Notes under the pieces: model-generated
The model's database searches: none
What the model was told of the DNA's origin: nothing
Seen by the model: the letters and a program-made list of their open reading frames with translations, nothing else
NCBI GenBank assembly: GCA_037190965.1
Contig: JBBCKI010000010.1
Location: forward strand, 32,001 to 96,000
Origin: Chthoniobacteraceae bacterium
Lineage (GTDB): Bacteria > Verrucomicrobiota > Verrucomicrobiia > Chthoniobacterales > Chthoniobacteraceae
Length of the DNA: 64,000 bases
Direction of reading: 5' to 3'
Made by a program: the position numbers and the translations under genes
In this document: positions 9,603-21,284 of the stretch, one piece after another
Numbering within the stretch: the first letter of the stretch is position 1
Layout: every line of letters starts with the position of its first letter

Positions 9603-10424
9603 TCAAGGAGCCGTTCCCGGGATCTGAACGCAGATGGCTTTGCTTCCGGCGCCCCTTTGCAGGCTGCGCGCGAGATCGAGCGCATAGAGCGTGGCGGCGA
9701 GGCGGTTGCCCGCTCCGATTTTGTTGAAAATGGAGGTCAGGTGAAATTTCACCGTCTGGATGTGAACGTTCATCAGGCGCGCCATCTCGCTGTTGGTTTT
9801 GCCTTCGGTAAGCCAGAGGAGCACCTCCGATTCCCGGGGGCTGAATCCTGCCAATTCGAACTGGGCCGGATCCAGCGGTCCCGAGCCTCGCGCCGGGGTG
9901 CGCGCATGAGCAAGCCGTCGCGCATTGGCAAGGTGCGGCTGGGCAAGCTCCAGGATCAGCCGGTCGCGCTCGTTATATTCCACGGTACCGCTACGTTCGA
10001 GACTCAGGAAGAGCACCTGCTGGTCATTCGTCGGCACGTGCACCGCACAATGGTTGTTCCACCCCATTAAAGCCATGGATTCCTTGTAAACGTTCACTTC
10101 GCGGAATTGCCGCCGGCTGTAGAAGTCGCTTCGGAAAAACGGACGTCCCTGGTTCACGGAGACATCGAAGTTGAAAAGCTGGTGCGTGGACATCGTGCGG
10201 GCGAAACCGTCCAGCATTTCCGGAAGGCGATCGTCCCATTCGCTGAAGGTTACGTTGAGGGCCTTTGTTACCGGGTGAAGGGCGGCCACGCAGATCATGT
10301 CCGCCGCGACCAGATCTCGCAGAAAGATTACTGCATGATCGGCGTAGTTGGTGGCATTCAGCTCGGGGCTGTACAACCCCAGGCTTGCCCGGCTGAATTT
10401 ATCCAAATCAGTCTTCGTAATCAT
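9603..10424 (-). CDS. LuxR-family HTH regulator with N-terminal GAF-like sensor region
   Basis: FSPRESEVLLWLTEGKTNSEMARLMNVHIQTVKFHLTSIFNKIG. Confidence 0.88.
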   Translation of the reverse strand: MITKTDLDKFSRASLGLYSPELNATNYADHAVIFLRDLVAADMICVAALHPVTKALNVTFSEWDDRLPEMLDGFARTMSTHQLFNFDVSVNQGRPFFRSDFYSRRQFREVNVYKESMALMGWNNHCAVHVPTNDQQVLFLSLERSGTVEYNERDRLILELAQPHLANARRLAHARTPARGSGPLDPAQFELAGFSPRESEVLLWLTEGKTNSEMARLMNVHIQTVKFHLTSIFNKIGAGNRLAATLYALDLARSLQRGAGSKAICVQIPGTAP

Positions 10425-10553
10425 GCTTAAGATGATTTTGGAAGAGATGCACATCTTGTGCCATATCGACATTCCAGGTTTAAACTAAAGTATAGTTATG
10501 CCGAGTGACCGCCTTTTATACGATCCGCGTCAAAGCCCAATCCCGACGCGTTC

Positions 10554-12431
10554 ATGATCGATTCTTTCCTTTTGCTCCGCCGTTTCAAAGCTCAATGGCA
10601 TCCTGTGGCTAGAGTTGCTCTCGTCACGTTTGCCTTTCTTCGTCTTTCCGCTCCTCAGCCGATCGTAGCTGCCGAGTTTGCCCCAATCAATGATGCAAAC
10701 TTCGGCACATCCGTCAGTATCTCGGGGAGTACCGGTCTGGTCGGGGCTTATGGAGCCACGATAAACTTCAACCAATATTCCCGAGGTGCCGCCTACGTGT
10801 TCCGCAATCTCGACTCCGACGCGGCGCAGGAGGTCATCAAATTTACCGCCGGCGACGGAAAGGCCTATGATCAATTTGGCAGTTCCGTGAGCGTCTCGGA
10901 GGGTTCCGCTCTGGTCGGAGCTAATGGCTACGATGCAAATGCCGTTTACTGGTTCAGGAATCTAGACAGCGGTACGGTGGAAAGCGTTGTTAAACTTACC
11001 GACCCCGACGGATTGGGAACTCAATTCGGCAGCGCCGTAAGCCTTTCGGGAAGCATTGGTCTGGTTGGAGCACAACAAGCGACGGTCGCGGGCCGTCAGT
11101 TCCAGGGTGCCGCCTATGTCTATCGCAGTCCCGACGTCAGCACGACCGCCCCCACTGCCAAACTCGTCGCTTCCAACGGGGCTGCCTGGAATTTCTTCGG
11201 GACGGCTGTTAGTATTTCAGGCGGGACCGCTTTTGTTGGAGCCAGTAATAAGGCCTATCTGTTCACCAATCTTGATACCGCCACCGGAACGGTGACGGAG
11301 TTCGCAAAACTCGCCCCTTCCGTTGCCAATCGCGGTCCGGCCTATGATAACTTCGGCGGCTCCGTGAGCGTCTCGGGAAACGTCGGTCTGGTTGGAAACA
11401 ATTACGCCAAGGTTGGAAGCAATGACCAGCAAGGTGCCGTTTATCTATATCGTAACCTCGGCGCTCAAAGCGGGACGATCTATGAGTCCGCCAAGCTCAC
11501 CGCCTCCGACGGCGCGGCAGAGAATTACTTCGGCACCTCCGTCAGCCTCTCGGGAAACACGGGGCTGGTGGGGGCCAGTAGCGCCCAAGTCGGAAGCAAC
11601 AGTGAGCAGGGGGCCGTCTACCTCTTCCTGGATCTCGATACCGCCCCCGCAGCGGTGACGGAGTCCGTCAAACTCACCGCCTCCACTGGCGGGGCGAAAG
11701 AACAATTCGGCCGTTCCGTGAGCCTGAGCGGTGACAATCTTCTGATTGGCTCCCTGGGCAATGGGATGGCCAACATTTCGGGAAAGGCTTACTCAGGGAG
11801 CGTTAGTTCCGTCAGCATGCTGAACGCAGGCAATGCCAGCAGGGTGATCGATGGCATCAGCTTTGAGTCGCGCATCGATTGGATCATCGGCCAGACGACC
11901 AGTTTCAACCAGGTAACCCTCAAGATTGGGAACACGGCCAACGTCACCGCGAGCGGCAAGGCTATTTATATCGGCTCCGAAGCGGGTTCCAACAATAACA
12001 CCCTCGTCATCGAAGGCGCTCTTGCCGCCAACGCGGTCCATATCGGCTCTCCCGACGGCAACGAGGGCAATACCCTCCGGCTGGAGAACACCGCGACCTT
12101 CGTTCCTACCTCCTTCTTCCTTGCCCCGGGGAATTCGCTGAGCATCGAGGGCGATTATACGGATATCGCCAGCCTGCTTGCCTTCCTTGGTTCCTCCAGC
12201 GACTTGCAGGTTTGGGATGGAGCCGGCAGTTGGATCAGCATCGACGAGTTTAACTACGAGAACTTCATCGCCTATTCATTCCTCGATGGCTATACCGAGA
12301 TCCAGGCATTGGCGATTCCCGAACCCAACTCCGTCGCCTTGCTTGGCATGACCGGATTGAGCCTTGGCGCGTTCCTTTTCTTTGGACGGCGGTCTTCCCG
12401 CTTTCGCGGGAACGAGGAACACGGAGCCTAA
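10554..12431 (+). CDS. FG-GAP repeat (beta-propeller) PEP-CTERM surface protein
   Basis: About seven FG(T/S/G/R)xVS(I/L/V)SG...VGA...GA(A/V)Y repeats; C-terminal IPEP + TM helix + RR; exact start uncertain. Confidence 0.88.
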   Translation: MIDSFLLLRRFKAQWHPVARVALVTFAFLRLSAPQPIVAAEFAPINDANFGTSVSISGSTGLVGAYGATINFNQYSRGAAYVFRNLDSDAAQEVIKFTAGDGKAYDQFGSSVSVSEGSALVGANGYDANAVYWFRNLDSGTVESVVKLTDPDGLGTQFGSAVSLSGSIGLVGAQQATVAGRQFQGAAYVYRSPDVSTTAPTAKLVASNGAAWNFFGTAVSISGGTAFVGASNKAYLFTNLDTATGTVTEFAKLAPSVANRGPAYDNFGGSVSVSGNVGLVGNNYAKVGSNDQQGAVYLYRNLGAQSGTIYESAKLTASDGAAENYFGTSVSLSGNTGLVGASSAQVGSNSEQGAVYLFLDLDTAPAAVTESVKLTASTGGAKEQFGRSVSLSGDNLLIGSLGNGMANISGKAYSGSVSSVSMLNAGNASRVIDGISFESRIDWIIGQTTSFNQVTLKIGNTANVTASGKAIYIGSEAGSNNNTLVIEGALAANAVHIGSPDGNEGNTLRLENTATFVPTSFFLAPGNSLSIEGDYTDIASLLAFLGSSSDLQVWDGAGSWISIDEFNYENFIAYSFLDGYTEIQALAIPEPNSVALLGMTGLSLGAFLFFGRRSSRFRGNEEHGA

Positions 12432-12533
12432 AAACGGCAATGGATCGGGGTGATCTGACGCAAGATACCGCGCACGTCGAGGCTCACTGTTCTTCGCTGC
12501 TTTCAGTGGAATCCAACCGCTCGACGGGGAAGC

Positions 12534-12694
12534 TGGTGCGGCAGCACTGGTAGCCCGCTCGCGCCGTCGAGCGCGGGTATCGGCTTCCGTGGCTTCATGA
12601 GGGACCGCATCCCAGTATCAACTGCCCGTCCTGCGGGGAGGCGCCAAACGCGACTCTTCACCCATCCCGCGCTCGACGGCGCGAGCGGGCTACC
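12534..12694 (-). repeat. REPIN-like REP doublet, copy C
   Basis: TGGTGCGGCAGCACTGGTAGCCCGCTCGCGCCGTCGAGCGCGGG ... GCGAGCGGGCTACC. Confidence 0.9.
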
Positions 12695-12759
12695 GATCTT
12701 CCACTGAAAACAGCGTTTTTTGGCTCAGAAAGCTTGTAGCGTTTCTTAGCGCGGGGGCA

Positions 12760-12960
12760 ACACTTCCAGAAAGACGCCTGGGTGGGTGTCGTACGCCAGG
12801 CGGGATTTCATCTCTTTGGCGTCTGATGTGGAGCCATGCTTTGGGTGCTTGCGTCGCAATCTGAAGCATGGAAACAGCAATTTCACAGATGGCGGGAGGA
12901 TACCGGAGTGATAGCGTCTCGTTCGCGGTCAATTCAAAAATCGAATTTGGCCGTCGTGCG
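12760..12960 (+). promoter_or_regulatory. Candidate structured 5' leader of the FTR1 permease gene
   Basis: Mutually exclusive stems at 12772-12824 and a long hairpin at 12834-12871. Confidence 0.35.
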
Positions 12961-12974
12961 AATCAGCTTTTCTT

Positions 12975-13955
12975 ATGTATCCTTCTGAAAGCAGCGTGCC
13001 AGATCCCGTTTCTGCTTCGATCAAGCTCCCTTTGATTTTTCGAGGCTTCCTGATTTTCGCCGCTCTAATCGTGTTTGGAGTGTTGGTCTGGCAAGCCATC
13101 GCTTCGGGAGGAGCGCCCGATCCCACCCGGGAGAACGCCAGCCAAGCTGCAGCGGCGTTTGATATCTCCGTCCTCGTTTTTCGGGAGGGGCTGGAATGCA
13201 TTCTGGTTCTCGCGGCCCTAACGGCCAATCTGACTGGAAAGAATCGCATCCACAAGGGGCCGATTGCGGTGGGTGCAGGCATCGGCTTTATCGCCACATT
13301 GATCACGTGGTTTATCGCCGTGGAAATCGTCCAAAGCTTATCGGAGAGCGTTCCCGCGCTCGATCTTCAGGCGGCAACAGGGCTGCTGGCGGTCATTGTC
13401 CTGCTCGTGGTCATGAACTGGTTTTTTCACAAGGTCTACTGGGGCGGCTGGATCGCGATGCATCACAATAGAAAGCAGCGGTTGCTGAAAGATGCTCAAA
13501 TCGAGCAATCGTCAGGAACTCGCTTGCTTCTGGGTTTGGGCTTGCTTGGTTTTTCCTCCATGTATCGCGAGGGTTTCGAGGTGGTGCTCTTCCTGCAAAG
13601 TTATTATTTGAAAATGGGAGGAAAGCCGGTTCTGACGGGGGCCGCTTTCGGCCTCTTCCTGTCGGGAATTGTCGCCGTACTCGCCTTCGTTGCTCACCGC
13701 CGCTTGCCCTATCGAAAAATGCTGATTTTGACCGGCGTCATGTTGGCGGGCGTCTTATTGGTCATGGTCGGCGAGCAAGCCCAGGAAATGCAATTGGCGC
13801 ACTGGATTTCCACGACGCCGATCAGCTGGCTCGAAGGAATCCCTGACTGGATGGGCCTTTGGTTCGCAATTTTTCCAACCGTGGAAACCTTGCTCGCTCA
13901 ATTGATAGCGGCTGTTTTGGTGATTGGCTCCTATTTCGCAGCCCGCCGCTCATAA
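12975..13955 (+). CDS. FTR1/EfeU family iron permease
   Basis: Two RExxE motifs (REGLE, REGFE); multiple TM helices. Confidence 0.9.
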   Translation: MYPSESSVPDPVSASIKLPLIFRGFLIFAALIVFGVLVWQAIASGGAPDPTRENASQAAAAFDISVLVFREGLECILVLAALTANLTGKNRIHKGPIAVGAGIGFIATLITWFIAVEIVQSLSESVPALDLQAATGLLAVIVLLVVMNWFFHKVYWGGWIAMHHNRKQRLLKDAQIEQSSGTRLLLGLGLLGFSSMYREGFEVVLFLQSYYLKMGGKPVLTGAAFGLFLSGIVAVLAFVAHRRLPYRKMLILTGVMLAGVLLVMVGEQAQEMQLAHWISTTPISWLEGIPDWMGLWFAIFPTVETLLAQLIAAVLVIGSYFAARRS

Positions 13956-14504
13956 AGTCGGCCCTTTGCGGGTGCTGTTGCACCGGTAAAGGACGTGCCT
14001 TCGTAATGGATGGCTCTCCGGCACTTTTGGGTGGTCAAAGTCTCCCGCGAGATCGCGGGTCATTCCTATCTTTTCTATCACCCTTTGTGATCGCTTATTG
14101 GCGGGTACGGTAAAGGAGACGATTTCAGGGAGTTGGAGCGTTTCAAATGCGTAGTGAAGAACCGCTCTTGCGCCTTCGCTGGCAAGGCCTTGATTCCAGT
14201 GAGACGCGGAAAGTCTCCAGCCAATCTCGACGCAGGGCGAAAAGGGGAAAGGGACCGTGCAGGGAGGAATCGCCAGTCCTATCAGCCCGGCGAAGGAGGA
14301 ATCTTGCTTCAGTTCTGCCGCAAAAAAGCCAAAACCGTGCTCTGCGAAGTGGGCATCGATTCGGTCGATAAAGGCATCGCTTTCCTCCCGGGAGAGGGGC
14401 TTGAGGAGAAATTCCATCACCCTGGGGTCGGTATTCAATTGAGCGAATGGCGCCCGGTCCTTTTCTTTCCAAGGGCGTAATAAGAGGCGTTCGGTTTCAA
14501 TCAT
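13950..14504 (-). CDS. GNAT acetyltransferase, RimJ/RimL family
   Basis: MIETERLLLRPW, VEIGWRL...WNQGLASEGA, NKRSQRVIEKIGM. Confidence 0.9.
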   Translation of the reverse strand: MIETERLLLRPWKEKDRAPFAQLNTDPRVMEFLLKPLSREESDAFIDRIDAHFAEHGFGFFAAELKQDSSFAGLIGLAIPPCTVPFPFSPCVEIGWRLSASHWNQGLASEGARAVLHYAFETLQLPEIVSFTVPANKRSQRVIEKIGMTRDLAGDFDHPKVPESHPLRRHVLYRCNSTRKGPTL

Positions 14505-14515
14505 GGTCTTGAAGT

Positions 14516-15373
14516 CTATTTCGCCCCGGCCTCGCTGAAAACCTCGCTCAGGAAATCTTTCATGGCTATCCATGAACGCCGGTCTGCGGCGGCGTTGTAA
14601 CGCGTCCCCGGGTTCCCCATGGCGTCCACATCAGGATCGGTGAAAGCGTGGACGGCATGGCCGTAAAAGACCAACACGTAGTCGACCTTTTCCTCTCGCA
14701 TCTGCTGTTCGAAGGCGGTGAGGTCCTCCTTTTTCTGGTACGGATCGTCCGCGCCGCCGAGGCAGAGCACGGAGGCTTTGATGTGTGCGCCCGGTGTCAG
14801 CGGTTGCCGGTCGAGGCCGCCATGGAAGGAAACCACACCACGGAGATCGAGTCCGTCGCGCGCCATCTCGATCACTCCGGTGCCACCGAAGCAATAGCCG
14901 ATGGCGGCGATCCTGTCCGGATTCACCTGAGGGAGTTTGCGGATGGCGTCGTAGGCGGCTCGTCCCCGTTGCCGGAAAAGAACACGGTCCCCTTTGTATT
15001 TCCCGGCCTCCTCGCCCCACTCCCTGGCGTTCGTGGGGCGCACTCCTTTGCCGTAAATGTCGGCGGCGAAGGCGACGTAGCCGAGCTGGGCGATCATCTC
15101 CGCGCGTTTGCGGGTGGTATCGGTGATGCCGCGCCAATCATGGACGATGATGACGCCGGGCCGCTTCCCGGTTTGGCTGTCGTCGTAGACCACGACTCCC
15201 TCCAGTTCCGTTCCCGTTGCGTCGCGATAGGTGAGGTTCTCGGTCACCAGTTTGGCCAGTGCGGCCTCGGGCTTGGCGACAAGAAGGCAGAACATGCTGG
15301 CGGTGATGGTAGAGACTGCACGGATGATGCTCCTGGTGAGGTATCGAGCGGGAAAGGCGGTCTCGGCGATCAT
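14516..15373 (-). CDS. Dienelactone hydrolase family protein, probably exported
   Basis: GYCFGG nucleophile elbow, SFHG, VHAFT; N-terminal signal-like segment. Confidence 0.9.
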   Translation of the reverse strand: MIAETAFPARYLTRSIIRAVSTITASMFCLLVAKPEAALAKLVTENLTYRDATGTELEGVVVYDDSQTGKRPGVIIVHDWRGITDTTRKRAEMIAQLGYVAFAADIYGKGVRPTNAREWGEEAGKYKGDRVLFRQRGRAAYDAIRKLPQVNPDRIAAIGYCFGGTGVIEMARDGLDLRGVVSFHGGLDRQPLTPGAHIKASVLCLGGADDPYQKKEDLTAFEQQMREEKVDYVLVFYGHAVHAFTDPDVDAMGNPGTRYNAAADRRSWIAMKDFLSEVFSEAGAK

Positions 15374-15489
15374 GCTGACATTCTATCCTCGAAGTGTGAC
15401 GGCGGGAACCGGGAAAATACCCACGTGGATTCCCCTGCCGGAGAGGCGGGCGGGGCGATTCCCGGCCGGAAACGGCAGGTAGAGAAAAC

Positions 15490-15525
15490 AAAAAAGCCTC
15501 CCCGCTTTCGCAGGGAGGCTCTTTT
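15490..15525 (-). terminator. Intrinsic terminator of the atp operon (possibly bidirectional)
   Basis: AGCCTCCC/GGGAGGCT stem flanked by an A-run and a T-run, just past the atpC stop. Confidence 0.8.
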
Positions 15526-15542
15526 AAGTCTGTCGCTACAAT

Positions 15543-15962
15543 TTACAGCGCGTGACGGCGGCGTTTGACCTTGAGCTGCGCCAGGGATTTCTGGAGCGAG
15601 GCCTGAACGGTCGCCATCTCTTCGGCACCGAGGTGTTGCTGGTCCCGCATGGCGGCTTCGGCGCGGTCGATGGCCGCCTGGACGGCGTTTTCATCGATCG
15701 CGGATTCCTCAATCGCCATGTCGGTCAGGACGGAGACATGGGTGGCTGTGATCTCAACGAACCCTTCGCCGACGGCGAGTGCGAGTTCCTGCCCGTTTTT
15801 GAGCACGCGCAGTTCGCCGGGCTTCAGCTCGGTGAGAAGCGGTACGTGCTGCGGGAAAACGCCGAGTTCGCCTTCGACCCCGGGGAGCACGACCAGGTCG
15901 ACGTCATCCGAGTACGTCCGCGCTTCGGGCGTGACGATTTCGAGTCGAAGTGTGTTTGACAT
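15543..15962 (-). CDS. atpC: ATP synthase epsilon subunit
   Basis: LEIVTPE...GELGVFPQHVP; operon position. Confidence 0.96.
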   Translation of the reverse strand: MSNTLRLEIVTPEARTYSDDVDLVVLPGVEGELGVFPQHVPLLTELKPGELRVLKNGQELALAVGEGFVEITATHVSVLTDMAIEESAIDENAVQAAIDRAEAAMRDQQHLGAEEMATVQASLQKSLAQLKVKRRRHAL

Positions 15963-15981
15963 AGCGTTCGGTTCCCTCGGG

Positions 15982-18302
<2,321 letters not shown>

Positions 18303-18350
18303 GTTAAATAATTTCTAAAACCGGAGAGCGGAAACCGGAAACCGGTTGGC

Positions 18351-19877
18351 TTAGCGCCAGGTGGATTTGAATTCGGTGACGGCGGCGGAGAGCTGACCTT
18401 CGAGGTCTTTGTCCACGGCACCTTTCTGGCGGAGCGCGCTCAGGAGCGATTCCTTACGGGTGGTGAGGAACTCCTGGAGCTTGTCTTGGAATTCTTTCAC
18501 GCGGTCCACGGAGACGTCGTCCATATGGCCGTTCTGGATGGTCCAGAGCACGGCGACCTGTTCTTCGACGGCGATCGGGTTGTACTGCTTCTGCTTGAAG
18601 AGTTCCACGATGCGGGCGCCGCGATCGAGCTTGGCCTTGGTGCCGGCGTCGAGGTCGCTGCCGAACTGGGCGAAAGCGGCGAGTTCGCGGAACTGGGCGA
18701 GTTCGCCCTTGATCTTGCCTGCCACCTGCTTGATCGCCTTGATCTGCGCGGCGCTACCGACGCGGCTGACCGAGAGACCGACCGAAATCGCGGGGCGGAC
18801 GCCTTGGTAGAAGAGGTCGGTTTCAAGGTAGATCTGACCGTCGGTGATCGAAATCACGTTCGTCGGAATGTAGGCGGACACGTCGCCGGCCTGCGTTTCG
18901 ATGATGGGGAGCGCGGTGAGCGAGCCGTTGCCGTTGGCTTCGTTGACGCGGGCGGAACGCTCCAGCAGGCGGCTGTGGAGGTAGAACACGTCGCCGGGGT
19001 ACGCCTCGCGGCCCGAGGGGCGCTTGAGGAGCAGGGAGACCTGGCGGTAGGCCACGGCGTGCTTGGAGAGATCGTCAAAAATGATCAGCGCGTCCATGCC
19101 GTTGTCCATGAACCATTCGCCGATGGCGGCACCCGCGAACGGCGCGAGGTACTGCATGGTGGCGGAGTCCGAGGCGGTCGCGGAGATGATGATGGTGTTG
19201 TCCATCGCGCCGGCTTCCTCGAGAATGCCGATGGTGCGGGCGATGTTGGAGCGCTTCTGGCCGACCGCGACGTAGATGTTGTACATCGGGCGGAAGCCTT
19301 CCTTGCCGGCGTTGGCCTTGTTGATGCGGGCCTGGTTGATCATCGCGTCAACGGCGATGGTCGTCTTGCCGGTGGAACGGTCACCGATGATCAGCTCACG
19401 CTGGCCACGGCCAATCGGGATCATCGCGTCGACGGACATGATGCCGGTCTGCACCGGCTGGTTGACCGACTTACGCTTGATGATGCCAGGGGCGATCTTT
19501 TCGACAGGGTAGGAGACGTCGGACTTGATCGGTCCTTTGCCGTCGATCGGCGCGCCGAGCGCGTCCACCACGCGGCCGAGAAGGCCTTTGCCGACGGGAA
19601 CCGAGAGGAGGCGGCCAGTCGTTTTGGCTTCGTCGCCTTCCTTAATCGCCGTCGCGTCACCGAGAATGATGACGCCGACTTCGTTTTCTTCGAGGTTGAG
19701 AGCCAGACCGGAAATCCCGTTGGGGAATTCGATCAGTTCGTTGAGCATTGCGTCGCTGAGGCCTTCGATCTTGGCCACGCCGTCGCCCGACTCACGGACG
19801 ATGCCGGTGTTGGACTTGGTGGTCGTCGATTTGATGTTGGCGATTTGCGATTCGATGTCTTGCAGGATGGAGCTCAT
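18351..19877 (-). CDS. atpA: ATP synthase alpha subunit
   Basis: [29 protein letters not shown]. Confidence 0.99.
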   Translation of the reverse strand: MSSILQDIESQIANIKSTTTKSNTGIVRESGDGVAKIEGLSDAMLNELIEFPNGISGLALNLEENEVGVIILGDATAIKEGDEAKTTGRLLSVPVGKGLLGRVVDALGAPIDGKGPIKSDVSYPVEKIAPGIIKRKSVNQPVQTGIMSVDAMIPIGRGQRELIIGDRSTGKTTIAVDAMINQARINKANAGKEGFRPMYNIYVAVGQKRSNIARTIGILEEAGAMDNTIIISATASDSATMQYLAPFAGAAIGEWFMDNGMDALIIFDDLSKHAVAYRQVSLLLKRPSGREAYPGDVFYLHSRLLERSARVNEANGNGSLTALPIIETQAGDVSAYIPTNVISITDGQIYLETDLFYQGVRPAISVGLSVSRVGSAAQIKAIKQVAGKIKGELAQFRELAAFAQFGSDLDAGTKAKLDRGARIVELFKQKQYNPIAVEEQVAVLWTIQNGHMDDVSVDRVKEFQDKLQEFLTTRKESLLSALRQKGAVDKDLEGQLSAAVTEFKSTWR

Positions 19878-19929
19878 GGCGAGTTACTCGGTTGGGGCTG
19901 GCAAAGGGGTTTGTTGAAAAGGTTTTGGG

Positions 19930-20331
19930 CTAGGCTTGGGCGAGGTTTTCCTCGAAGCGGGTGAGGCGGCCGCGCACGCTGCCGTCCCAGACGTCGCTCC
20001 CGAGCTTGATGCGGAGGCCGCCCAGAAGCTCGGGGTTGACTGCGAATTCCGTGGTGATGTCCGACCCGTAGCGGGCTTTCAGGTCGGCGACGACTTTGCC
20101 GGAGACATCGCCGTCAAGCGGAGTGGCGCTTTCGATGATGGCGTGGCGCTTGGCCAGCTCCATCCGGACGAGCCGTTGAAGATTCTTGATCGCCTCGATA
20201 TAGTGCCGGGGCTTGGTGGCGACGGTTTGCGCCACCACTTCGCGCACCTTGCCCGCGTCGAGGCGGCCATCGGTGAAGCTGCTCCGGAAGAGGGAGCGTG
20301 AGATTTTGCGGGCTTCCTTGGGAATCTTCAT
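19930..20331 (-). CDS. atpH: ATP synthase delta subunit (short form)
   Basis: NPELLGGLRIKLGSDVWDGSVRGRL; lies between atpF and atpA. Confidence 0.9.
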   Translation of the reverse strand: MKIPKEARKISRSLFRSSFTDGRLDAGKVREVVAQTVATKPRHYIEAIKNLQRLVRMELAKRHAIIESATPLDGDVSGKVVADLKARYGSDITTEFAVNPELLGGLRIKLGSDVWDGSVRGRLTRFEENLAQA

Positions 20332-20364
20332 GCGGTGAGAAGGAGTCGGTTCGGTTGGCCGTGG

Positions 20365-20916
20365 TTAGGCGGTGGCGACTTCGCGGGCGGCTTCCTCGGA
20401 GAGGCGGCGCTGATCGTCCGGATTGAGAACCTTGCCGGTGACTTTGCTGGTCGTGTCGACGACGAGGCGGGCCACTTCGCGGCGGAGATCGGCGAAGGAA
20501 CGTTCGCGCTCAAGGGCGGTGGCTTCATTGGCCTTGGCGATGATCGCTTCGGCGTCGGCGATGGCCTGCTGCTGACGTTTCTCGGCCAGGGAGGCGGCGC
20601 TGGAGCGGGCTTCCTCGATCATCTTCTGCGCTTCGCTGTTGGCGCGGGCGAGAATCTCGGCATGGCGGGCTTCGGCGTCGGCGAGCTGCTGCTTGATCTT
20701 CTCGGCATTGGCGAGGCTCTCGGCGATCTTGGCGCGCCGGGCTTCAAGCACTTCGACGATGGGCTTGTAGGCGAACTTGTTGAGCAGGAAGGCAACGACG
20801 ACGAAGCTTGCGACCTGGGAGAAAAAGAGGGTCGGGTTAAAACCGAATTTTTCGCCTACTTCTTTGACGGTATCCGCGATGCCGCCGGCTTGCGCGAGGA
20901 TGATGGGAGCGATCAT
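20365..20916 (-). CDS. atpF: ATP synthase b subunit
   Basis: One TM helix, KFAYKPI...RRAKI, long charged helix. Confidence 0.95.
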   Translation of the reverse strand: MIAPIILAQAGGIADTVKEVGEKFGFNPTLFFSQVASFVVVAFLLNKFAYKPIVEVLEARRAKIAESLANAEKIKQQLADAEARHAEILARANSEAQKMIEEARSSAASLAEKRQQQAIADAEAIIAKANEATALERERSFADLRREVARLVVDTTSKVTGKVLNPDDQRRLSEEAAREVATA

Positions 20917-20924
20917 AGAGTCTG

Positions 20925-20975
20925 AAAAAAAGAAAGGAAACAGGCGCGGGACCGACTTATCGGCGGTCCCGCGCC
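20925..20975 (-). terminator. Strong hairpin plus U-rich tract between atpE and atpF (internal terminator or stabiliser)
   Basis: 12-bp perfect stem GGCGCGGGACCG/CGGTCCCGCGCC followed on the minus strand by TGTTTCCTTTCTTTTTTT. Confidence 0.6.
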
Positions 20976-20981
20976 ATCGAA

Positions 20982-21203
20982 TTATTTCGCGAGGAAGATC
21001 GCGAAGAACACGATGCCTTCAGCGAAGGCGGTGCTCAGAATGGCCTGCACGAGGATCTTCGTGGCGGCGCCGGGATTGCGGCCGACTGCTTCGGAAGCCT
21101 TCATGCCGATCATACCTACGGCGATAGCCGAGGCGAAAGCGGCAACGGCTACGTGGAGGTTACCGGTGATGCCGGCGGCTTCTGCGAGGAGTGCTGGATT
21201 CAT
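20982..21203 (-). CDS. atpE: ATP synthase c subunit
   Basis: GRNP loop; conserved Glu in AFAEG. Confidence 0.96.
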   Translation of the reverse strand: MNPALLAEAAGITGNLHVAVAAFASAIAVGMIGMKASEAVGRNPGAATKILVQAILSTAFAEGIVFFAIFLAK

Positions 21204-21284
21204 GTTAGTACTTTTTTGGTTGTTGCATCGGGCGCCCCCACAGTCTTTGCCAATGGTCCGGCGCCCGAAAGGGTATAAAGGGTT

